Positions 32,501 to 36,104 of a DNA stretch of 64,000 bases are shown piece by piece (position 1 is the stretch's first letter; the number at the start of each line of letters is the position of its first letter). Position numbers and translations under genes: made by a program. The stretch is taken from positions 31,368 through 95,367 of the IMG/VR virus record IMGVR_UViG_3300025853_000044, one strand, 5' to 3'. Under the pieces are notes generated by a model that saw nothing but the letters and a program-made list of their open reading frames with translations, had not been told where the DNA came from and did not search any database. Origin of the DNA: a virus.

Positions 32501-32567
32501 GGATAATCACTGAATCGCTCACGCCATCAAAGAAGAAGGCGTGACTACTGCGACCGATTGCAACCAT
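14568..32567 (-). CDS. Giant 5999-aa virion/tail-associated protein with LamG (ConA-like) domains
   Basis: Uninterrupted 18-kb ORF with GAGGTGA SD. N-terminal LamG (FFFDGVSD...IEAWV...YLGGKGGEFRGAIE) and a second LamG near the C-terminus (ALWLKAD...KGKIAEIIQYNRAMS...EGYLAEKYG). Lies in the tail module. Confidence 0.8.
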   Translation of the reverse strand: MVAIGRSSHAFFFDGVSDSVIIPQGRFTKTGVKDSSGTKVMTKTLQGVGDSATINDKAAGDFVIEAWVVPDCGGVIAHREGQFTLEMGTVDTPGPAVFSVNVESIAGPSYFRLATAYDASTRWDGIVYPQQEHGGIHDSYNRYDKSNYGDATNLNFNNRPLYHVVAGIQKNRVFLAVNGEIVSQQDIPPETRLARSTEHVYLGGKGGEFRGAIEAIHFSNEFDENMLQPSMAIKGNTTSALFRFEEPIDIVEGTYEFSAFTAASDGTTKTLTMTAADAQTLIARLTGKAYDATSPTTTFTSTPYSMGNYKVVDYYTNSGTAATLSVAHTPYNLLINPGAINRNTQKPNQSPPERVRLESINGNTGVVTFNSIHVDFINGTSGLRGALHSRTANVDNYFVVIGADLLIDNGTGKPYQPPHYGTQIFDKTGQMVLDEGNASNHGLVYSSQMATDTTNNPYAVTWPATLDTLFQVGHSGRHTFSHIIGHEYMRRYPKPSELIIDQQADGSADIVQMAYDSNTRDIDEMFPMNSLLDFYSETLEAPIARIENSSSVATIVNNGMPASKKELIAIGGSGFKYAPFMLKGPVPEAGDIDENNRLFHLTPESESRVALLHVPALRTSHDLAPYVEVHYNAIDLTGASMGQSTPMLMVTKTVPAGSHILTGTTRVLDVITSDLANTTLYSPGGVIYLSNAISGYGSLMQESHTLIGDNTGGQDSDTELDLSRTPALYTPPNDVNAEPAGPPKAVARSHNGGTHESVYHRLAIEAMSSSQSDTITDEGAGKRTRQPTTDKSGTGVFDLGPTTHSSRVFEMFNIIDNVLITDEAGIMAKIFVQPSVKSRVNQLSLVRSLGAGDSPNIASIMFLMSRCRVRGVSKQESPETNMTTVVITASGIADSFVNENVSAVGSGSPDSHVVKEIEPNAPVVTVTLGGPGQGGVNTKPTFDPSPLMRLPGSTRRSCATQARIVTTTGAFSMSVTPLNNDSPDLKSWGTICFPQVGRIFLEDGASAAYTEKTGAGFYFSESNAVASRTFLDGAGTAYATFHEWCNATGIISQGSAGTYLTSVYIFNDGDFDNDSLTQDGSTVNDRLFQSLDDVTHDYQLGTQYASTRAMVEIPIFPQQFFDHTDLGIFPGPDNSMKVHVDATYTAHTWNPTPVGRRANDVATADKSAKSAYSYTINNQNYIESATILRIEDATASHKHTSTGTGTGGTTYTNHFHIFVSHPNMFPDATNSSDATPTIVAADDVGNLKGINRLRRVFLTSGEWAVYDNNPALDGFLSIPINATGGYFDGYSETFFQNAIVGAKIHTGGGFRNETLMPIDSDAELPSSDLEGRSPFYYDAANMKTQGGNLDYGLRQYVSAVEFKAGPLANPHAPRTISKRAKSTIMQVQEISGNATDGFQFNIILDDASLFPDVPYSRDSNNNSIAEQGDLTYIAEIGTDTPLEVYYLGKLDSIAGANSVLVTTPKNVSLTVGDFVGAEFKLVKAGNAFQSIVNPANMQNQELQTATFHPSTSAEQWTFVGATSAGASTTLNITNGNNRFAHANTIGTNIRTGDLLFLEDSSNVIKYVGEVADVKSNLTSGAHTVVTLVAANAVAVANGDDVRIGVGTVVQNDADAILNRSWVYPFAQGGLRDGDTVWMNMTINNPHAVEGLFAKSRGVMNEAFVWSGFNGGEGALANRPRDSIPLENFLIGNSCLETAQNFAQHVNKTVEMNYEAMGLDATQAPTVAYIDPYLSTDGNARVLLFDVGHDREFIAFHDLHMQVQSSADTPTIGFTRNIAYEGGTIKLDKHLISVNGGAPHYFTTQIDVANGFPSENKYVRSTQQSKFIESAYAHNVPNTASQDLVDGTPGSDTKYTLQDPSSLGNNPLLRGKGHGHFVHTGLYHEETGNTHTVGDSVLPRVQPAVASVYYANEIHKLIRKAKEGDLLLRELKLHRATQNPATHSLKDASTLFDTPDGTRVISAFLCLKGKRNTTLELASHEESRLQHLKHWTQMDFVRRMTLDLGEVGVKEGVTDIEAAAREMVRLINQGGALNGRTHARRPSQQYPGESERLDLTRIGVRQDTADPNKDPTSAHINADFAATGSTYDPAPFWYGDIAFDSHDRGSHMGYVRAHMGRVVEDINGNEGYSIVIHSTIPGASGRNFCVWLDNSKGQSSYQPQFLIGHGGRFRNFWAQPDEILSENMHPAPMPLNKDGRPFAPVSTLREFVAQEEPDEAFTSNHDITPRRNETANPKGRNISAHLGGIAHNSVNDESFETQSPSTALVKGLRMGKQATGRINFGGLVASGVPGFSPIAGKHGLGRKGDDEFDKLYNEGLPKAGTSPTAITSYSGHVNTAEITDDAVGDTPLYGFRFNDHRGQGYGVRFIYRKMDEAFANDLTTIPSTLDDEICVYFNDGDVAKGGFTIGQHMLGFGDATGRLDVTTVTMNSWRGNQWRGVYAPSAGIDCAISWDASATTLTVQLGAPFDSGQELGNHPDILGYLGFPRQNGVIQITDPMTGTTDKGTVGNVISYESRTQLNSAGDSGVHTFYGVRGSEFTASHSLTGLTATSLTNTAVSMFNASTDRIIKALISPRINWTTLMTDELMAAVTAEAINMADPNTPEGIPFDCRHMYAVDGRTFGEWGVAADAIRIRAHNPQRGARPLSTMFEASLHRDLGIEAPHLEFGEYEKLDQSSNSQWTVTAPAAFNKPVSDADIEDNHRKVDCGYLPHTVLQIRTKARGYHTNTPTPILVDSYNDPVPTKTWANNLKGLTYTSRSGDHILPALDNALVTTDFTHSDDVFTTNSGETTTHILVPAGEEAATFDSLTKLVSFGDAKVIWSGSNRFATVTSVQGANSATKLKVVAINYNEEWNTLYGASADRADVLLMLHADKDFSGYRLYGSIESEPVTYFKNGRDSNDHSVPLYFGGGFSGVVLDVNDGSQNDYSSFYTHPYSNGPTGTAGIQNANEISTAYALMDCNALLAFFPGTPYLNQHRGSINPPAYNQNNVLSADIDSGTLPNLASGQPSHVTARYTAGIVRQRPIPLIMRMPHQTARYTDHKTATPYFTTYLIYGPGQAFPFNETASNLGVVEPHPGYVVTTGNSWSKVPHSKNLPNEITNNDNDYGPPDANYQSRRNRFHWQTTLNWSPAQGTPNIGDTGASGYGLKQRPEHGYHYGEHFMNPVSGRVVANNEADYKKAHPYQHCAMAYYGIAMSADMTFHMDGGYHPGGSWMDNQMAFNPPMEKDDLQISKLFANAVQPTAYRVSGVIAKSVLAGSLGETATDFDREIIVVDGTRCQNGEELATIIGQAINENPGKGALKAMGGTFMPSMSNAQRQDRYGWIEMDYGDPSNSYQNATTGGSSQSYIEGSIAGSTRDVLEQIPACGWIRTDTGGRSHPSTAPNNSCPAFAPYHSREIYEKAGVLTVRFWLAPNKITGKAQFEDMTTWHNRCESAGITVPDFDLTAVPPNLPTKLYVWSKSGVHYHNNAYDTPRDHMTRSHFSGLVDAIDRTRPVGAMGWSGERYSYLNSLKVTTSSFTDATCDYNNATTITMDSTALLKKNMLVSGTGIPAGAFVVSITNATTFELSASTTGGAVTNGTLTFTTNLYGAGLGAWHAKLGFSPYGPASSVMSTYSHLPHYAPMRNSPEASGPISGTDNDETMLTTPYSWTYASTNTNPAYNTDKTDAEHSDYFANPVHIGDADAVPRALHHPQGVFGRAFLVISYEGELGLVAKRDRDGVTAMGDWLAVVNKTAGGVAAATAITFAGTAQWDERIHSVDRFVAPAHGGPNIEALVTNLSLPADDIPADPFLFNAPLAADIELFNAEPCYAKTGDLFFDLDESPGSFFLEDATSVERNLITDLKTSTSAELDRYGDDANYWLGDTNAFKMNQRSPAKNFSVEHVVWKRMDGGNLSLPAVNARGLGAVPFVTRVLSNTPHTMGEKLYGINRFSFETTNSAMFPIIQAQELAHPQIAAAHPDELRNVLAIPNEELQFEEMQVEDDTGQIHIIEGGSPFGTIIRTFNAVSDRSAEGFAPATAGSGVEPNLKVRLPHPDSIPGNLLIRAGFDRLQAYQNESMGTGGMMRPMSSSSIKHLFTDDTKGPRLGGTFSDHNWEHISQGSFPDPTYAGWETATGNAPLETSYELHDRTLFFHITKNGNTHSHRHPTFYTHAGGVVNAELTAVSFSGTTLTVNTAPNASLFNESIRDGRKFLRLYDPTTDKGGVASFTGISSSTFTGCVGDADFAELVKSSITTLKVVPSYYIPAGSTRFFASRRLRDHAEVSGNSPDIVHSTYITGLTLNALLCHTVYSRPKMTPMALPRMGHHFVNPTMAMLPGHFAHPAYQGLYNKHRAIRSATVKPHETLLMEEQTMSNLKTDISTTLTNNLHGYDTLHTFGALTATPSGPSDIHGGAFTLMFESKIRSDGYGVLASEGQAGVINAAGGHTIVLEAAATYTLRHHFPDPSEVGAYQIVIQPNIHKSQLMGYHANGGATALPDGSVNELTSQQVALVIGLREPDSATGAVGLVLAEATMADVRGCEVFVNELILDHDPDHGSQFTNIPPLMLYNALGVQATESPAFVKRSLPYQPQMFDNATPGMTTNIPWWSIVHKDGPDHADATGFRHLNHHRLDNYYEFLRASTGSIACQITLAGYPSIYPDIYHEVLENISLNPVCTVVSVDSTTQITVDDARGFPQKPYYGNKLEYTDVNGVRRTHTYTERSGYDSSNMNKPKQFTITAKSSFTSNLTAGTKLRLTRAYDFRPAGAIFTDSKTSMVTRILPQMLQGSRDTNSLHVADAFLCLWHPNLGRPHTFYSDSSRTWLNPLTDRAVAQKPLNSMPEHFETVHYHDAAYYASLGPFAFDRKTPAPPYEIIAHASVGTNVPSTVVSVDIPNKLITTTRRTAKLVGGTKIMIDGIAYTVQDDGGSVFDNHVLGVMPVIEPIVATIPIGSTIMAHAIGSMLTADVLDTTFGSPIIAGNFDPQGGQADASDAATKTNLNHYWPCGSRGGPLISRLDGYGYVSTSWDFPREYTFDGPVWADQDDDGSYVVTNGVVKSTYDAFTDATCDYNNDPTITMDSTAKLVVGMGVSGTGIPGSATVSSITNATTFELSASTTGGSVTNGTLTFTPVQTRTRPFGYRIGLRQPYNKPQWSLYGMRAFREAAVTGTNTSVGYPHGPLVQGETETWTYAGGSGLSNGTYPNTQLGIMERQTNFSGMLGVDKPEWQVRYSDGMRMARAFGCPVRTLRNASGVLRDWWGDGEGKGIYKLDEAVAYYLVDWWGNTRGEEVRRHPVRGFGIRPAWDAGDVYEYDRTGNKTPFDRIYNGGFPIMNTKALIDASGNISVTTGFTIPRFAGRLNNVNSNDATELVDVYFPTNAHRVGDDGHGRGLRYPTAFNEDVLTALDEPYHASGVVLSHHTAEPNMNDGYIRARNDVLQADEVPRGISARLDIAEDGLLKPEAVVSDRVETVSGDSPHKDAVSRSAPRIGLDTENVEGVDDNLIAINTEAHSLHSDRGVGQRVIVHGGMQAGSQTIGHYDLTALDFSGQPQGGAMRLSHTSNFNPLGGTYIAEARNFVSPIDDTEWGGIPTSGMALWLKADSLDLADGAAVTSWKDSGPHGFEFTQSTASKQPVYIASSSNVNNMPVVDCDGTDIMSTPFDARLNTTDVTLFVVAWSDDDDGNAQGVLETFANSPVTRAGHSLFIRWDSSDKWQWRGGADTTYTVVNSPSNAVVVNQAELVTGTIAGGDGAGSNANFELFLQGVSVGSSTGAWYVADEDPYGIGHVGSFELKGKIAEIIQYNRAMSTTERQQVEGYLAEKYGFTNNVSQWKSSNPYQTDTNGHQRTNLTDKRISYMLRPVRLLDKQHAEMFRSNLNLHSSSPQYGSNYFGATAGGKYGLYVYETTNGQASAGSYIRSTNPDTNPPYAPAYYMDISTSDTVPMSQGPKIIGTAATGFDSSLLDNEITRVVMSENTLQHYRADAARRRTHQEGESKEERMDYTVQPRFSQSLHPKGHKGDVSYNSNDHSGDAS
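17271..17471 (-). repeat. 67-aa inserted module, copy B (FTDATCDYNNDPTITMDST...GTLTFT)
   Basis: 201 bp, same length and highly similar protein sequence to 21828-22028. Confidence 0.9.
21828..22028 (-). repeat. 67-aa inserted module, copy A (FTDATCDYNNATTITMDST...GTLTFT)
   Basis: Shares VSGTGIP and SITNATTFELSASTTGG.VTNGTLTFT with copy B. Confidence 0.9.
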
Positions 32568-32576
32568 CCATTCACC

Positions 32577-33752
32577 TCAAAATATCCAATCAATCGGTGC
32601 AAAGTTGATGGTGTAAGAATAAATCGGCTCACCACCAAGTTGAACGAATGTAGCGTTGGCTACAGTACCTTTGATTGCTGTGTATTCATCCCCTGTACCA
32701 GTGTATTCCGAACCTGCAACTACAGCGTTATCTGCTGTTTTATCATCTGTTTTCATAAAACCACCAGTTGGCATATAAAACAAAGATTCGTTGCTATTAA
32801 CATTTGAAGAAAATGGGATTTGAATTGCGATGATATAATCACCGTATTTACTGTTTTGTAAAGCCAAAGCCGCCGCTAATCCAGCACCGCCACCTTGCAC
32901 TGCTAACGCTCCACCGCTTGCGGCACCTGCTAACAATGCACCGCCGCCCACTAAAGCCGCTCCTCCTACAAAGGCTCCTCCTCCACCGTTGTTGCTGTTG
33001 TTAAGCACAGCATACAATTCAGCCACTTTGTCGCCAGCACTTTTGTTGGTGGTAGATGATGAATCACGACCTCCCGAATACTGAGTGTGATATGGTTTGA
33101 AAACATCCACCCCTGCATCATAATTTGGAAATGAAATGGTTTCATTATTTCCTGCTTTTCCTTTGTTTACATTTGTCAAAGTCACCGCAGTGTTAGTAGC
33201 ACCGCTAATTGGTGAGTTAATTCGGGTTGCTGTTAATTCAAATGTACTACTGTATGTAGTCACGAGGGCAACAAGGCTGGCCGCAATATCCGATGCGCTT
33301 CTTGCAGAAGTATTGTTGTGAACGGCAATGTAATACCTCCCCGAAGAAAGTCCTTCGGTGGTACCGGAAGAAGTTTTTACCAAATAAACCTCATAAGAAT
33401 TGTTGATTTTGATGGCATAATCGGCATCTGCTATAGCACCATTTCCATGACCACTTACCAAAGCGTCTATTTTTGTAGGCCAGTCCACTGTTGTTGAATT
33501 AAAAGCCTGTGAAAAATCAATTGTAGCACTTGCTTCTTGTTGGGAACTCGTATTTACCAATTGGTCATCAGTCATCACTCCCTCAATGGTGATGAGGGAT
33601 TTGGGGAGGTTGAGGTCAAAGGCAAAGCGAGAGCCACCAGCAAAGGGCATAGGAAGGGGTGTAACGCCCCTGTCCACATTCATGGTCATCGTGGTAGCCA
33701 TCAACTCAATGATGCCGCCATCGTTGCGTACAAGACGAATTGGCGTGCCCAT
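32577..33752 (-). CDS. Putative distal tail (Dit/gpU-like) protein with a Gly/Ala hydrophobic insert
   Basis: Directly downstream of the tape-measure-like gene; TMNVDRGVTPLPMP...DLNLPKSLITIEG and C-terminal YSYTINF. Confidence 0.5.
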   Translation of the reverse strand: MGTPIRLVRNDGGIIELMATTMTMNVDRGVTPLPMPFAGGSRFAFDLNLPKSLITIEGVMTDDQLVNTSSQQEASATIDFSQAFNSTTVDWPTKIDALVSGHGNGAIADADYAIKINNSYEVYLVKTSSGTTEGLSSGRYYIAVHNNTSARSASDIAASLVALVTTYSSTFELTATRINSPISGATNTAVTLTNVNKGKAGNNETISFPNYDAGVDVFKPYHTQYSGGRDSSSTTNKSAGDKVAELYAVLNNSNNGGGGAFVGGAALVGGGALLAGAASGGALAVQGGGAGLAAALALQNSKYGDYIIAIQIPFSSNVNSNESLFYMPTGGFMKTDDKTADNAVVAGSEYTGTGDEYTAIKGTVANATFVQLGGEPIYSYTINFAPIDWIF

Positions 33753-35005
33753 CAGTACCGCCCCCTCATGGTGGTGCCGCCGATGTTGCGGGCCATCTCT
33801 TGTTGAATCATGTTACCAATTTCACGAGCAAGTGTGCGTTTGTCCGTGCGGTCGGTAATGCCGCTGGCGTTGACGGTGACATTGACCGTTCCACCACCCA
33901 TGCCTACACCACCGGGGTTGTTACGCTGTGAAAGCGGGACAACGGCTTCCGGGCCGTCTTCACCAATCATAGCGAGTGTGGGCTTGTTCACGATACCACC
34001 CTTAGCAAGTTCGGGTATTTTCCAATCGGAAAGGTCAAAACTGTATTTTTCACCACCGATTAAAGGCACCCAATCGGGAATATCAATACTGAAATTAACA
34101 GCACTAAACGCCGCATTGATACCGGAAATCAACAAGTTGAAAGGTGCTTTAACGATGTCTCCAAGAGTCAAACCTTCAAACAATTCAGTGATTCCCTTCC
34201 CTACATCTGCAAAGGTGCCGAGTGGGTCATCAACCAATTTCTTGATAAAGTCCCACGCATCACCAACAAGGTCAATACCGAAGTCAATGTAGTCTCCAAT
34301 GGAGATACCAAATACCCCTTGGAACAGGTCAGCGATGAACTTGAATGGCTGAGGCAACGCCCCAATAGCCAAATCCAATCGGTCGCCAATGCTGAATCCA
34401 GCAAACGGCCCATCTCCCGTCAAGAAGTCAATGGTGGTGAGAAGCCAGTCGGGGAGGTTAAAGGCGAAGTCAAGCCTGTCGGACAGGGAGAAGCCTGCAA
34501 ACGCACCGTTTCCAAGAATGAAATCAACGGAGGTTTGCAACCAGTCGGGAAGTTCAAAAGAGAACATAGCACCCCAGTCGGGGCTTTCAAAAGTGAACAA
34601 ATCAATCCAGTATTGTGCCGTTAAAAAGTCGGGCAATTCGGGTAACATGTCCCATATCGCACCAGCCCATCCATTGACAGTTTCACCTATACTCTCAAAC
34701 AACCCTGTCCAAAATTCAAGTGTAAACACTGCTGGTAATTCTTGTAGCAAGTCCCACAGTGTGCCAAGAACACCAAGCGCAGTTTCTCCTATACTTGTAA
34801 AAACCGCACCAACCATCTCTTTGAGTGCATCCCATTTTTCTCCTACACTATCAACTGCATCACGAATGGGTTGAATGACGGTATCGTTGAACCAAGACGC
34901 TAAGCCTTTGAGAGCATCCATCGCCATCGTTCCAGCCGCTTTAAAGCCGGGGCCAATTTGTGACACCATGCTGGACATGGACGAAATCATGGAAATTAGC
35001 GACAT
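33752..35005 (-). CDS. Tape-measure-like protein (short, 417 aa)
   Basis: Trp/Phe-spaced amphipathic repeats; C-terminal IPELAKGGIVNKPTLAMIGEDGPEAVVPL typical of tape measure proteins; follows the tail chaperone pair. Confidence 0.75.
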   Translation of the reverse strand: MSLISMISSMSSMVSQIGPGFKAAGTMAMDALKGLASWFNDTVIQPIRDAVDSVGEKWDALKEMVGAVFTSIGETALGVLGTLWDLLQELPAVFTLEFWTGLFESIGETVNGWAGAIWDMLPELPDFLTAQYWIDLFTFESPDWGAMFSFELPDWLQTSVDFILGNGAFAGFSLSDRLDFAFNLPDWLLTTIDFLTGDGPFAGFSIGDRLDLAIGALPQPFKFIADLFQGVFGISIGDYIDFGIDLVGDAWDFIKKLVDDPLGTFADVGKGITELFEGLTLGDIVKAPFNLLISGINAAFSAVNFSIDIPDWVPLIGGEKYSFDLSDWKIPELAKGGIVNKPTLAMIGEDGPEAVVPLSQRNNPGGVGMGGGTVNVTVNASGITDRTDKRTLAREIGNMIQQEMARNIGGTTMRGRY

Positions 35006-35009
35006 TCTT

Positions 35010-35285
35010 TCACTCCCAGTCTAAAAACGAATAATCCAATGGTACGACTTCCCTATCTCCGGCTTTGGCCTGTTGCTTCTTACGCTCAATCTCCTTATTG
35101 TTCTCTTCGGTTGATACCATAGCCCAAACAAGCGATTGCTTGAACAAGTGAGGGGGCATTGAGTAAACTTCCATCAGTGAAATACCAAAGTGTTTTGCGA
35201 TGATGTAAGCCCACAGTTCAATCTGTGTGCTTATGTCCTCCACCGAATTGTACTTGTCTTTCTTGAGGAAACTCTCTACCCTCAC
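35010..35285 (-). CDS. Tail assembly chaperone downstream ORF (gpT-like)
   Basis: IAKHFGISLMEVYSMP pattern; in the -1 frame relative to the upstream chaperone. Confidence 0.65.
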   Translation of the reverse strand: MRVESFLKKDKYNSVEDISTQIELWAYIIAKHFGISLMEVYSMPPHLFKQSLVWAMVSTEENNKEIERKKQQAKAGDREVVPLDYSFLDWE

Positions 35286-35653
35286 TCGGTCGGCTTGGTA
35301 AACCCCCCTTGCAGTGCCTCCGCCAACTCCTGTGGCTGTGGGAGCACCTTGCAGACCTGTTCTCCGACATGTCCTTTGAGGGAAAGTAATTCATCAGTGG
35401 TTAAACTGGGGTTGGTCTTGGTAATCCAATTGGAGAAGGCAAATGTCCAGTAGCCTGCCAAGTCAAGTGTCACATCGCCCTTTTCAACACGAAGCATGTG
35501 TTGTGCGGCGGCTTGTATGTCAAGGAAGGATATGTCTCGTATCCATACCTCAATGACCTGTGATTCATCGTCGGGGTCAATCCCAATCACATGCTTGGTC
35601 GTATCGTCATTCTTCAATAACAGGCTCTTGTTTGTCACTACTGTCTTTTTCAT
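35282..35653 (-). CDS. Tail assembly chaperone (gpG-like); start probably ATG 35653
   Basis: Lies between tail tube and tape measure genes; GGAGAGG SD before MKKTVV; ends in a G-run. Confidence 0.65.
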   Translation of the reverse strand: MKKTVVTNKSLLLKNDDTTKHVIGIDPDDESQVIEVWIRDISFLDIQAAAQHMLRVEKGDVTLDLAGYWTFAFSNWITKTNPSLTTDELLSLKGHVGEQVCKVLPQPQELAEALQGGFTKPTE

Positions 35654-36095
35654 TTGTTTCCTCTCCATTGGATGCGGCTACCTCATCGGTAGGGGCTTCC
35701 GAATCGCCTTCAAGGGCCGCTTCTTCAGCAGGGCTTTCGGGGTCTTCTTCGGGAATAACGCCTCCGTCATTCTGCTTAAGGCGCAGGATGATTTCGGCCT
35801 TCGTACCGTACACAGGTAGGCCACGCTCTTTGCAAAGCGCACGCAGTTCTGCGACGGTCAATGAATCGTATTCTTGGATGTCAGTAGGGAAAGGGTTCAC
35901 GACATCCTCTTCCACCAGCGGTGCTGGCTCGTTAGCAGGAGCAGGGGAAGATTTCTCAATCACCCATCGTTCAATGGAATGCCTATCCATGAGGTCAATC
36001 ATTTCTTCGCTAAACTCCACTCCATTGTTTTCACACAACCAGCGGGCATAACCGAGCGCACCCATTCGTCGGTATTGTTGAAATGATGTTTTCAT
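35607..36095 (-). CDS. SAP-domain protein with acidic tail
   Basis: YDSLTVAELRALCKERGLPVYGTKAEIILRL matches the SAP consensus. Confidence 0.8.
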   Translation of the reverse strand: MKTSFQQYRRMGALGYARWLCENNGVEFSEEMIDLMDRHSIERWVIEKSSPAPANEPAPLVEEDVVNPFPTDIQEYDSLTVAELRALCKERGLPVYGTKAEIILRLKQNDGGVIPEEDPESPAEEAALEGDSEAPTDEVAASNGEETNEKDSSDKQEPVIEE

Positions 36096-36104
36096 GTTAA
36101 TCCC

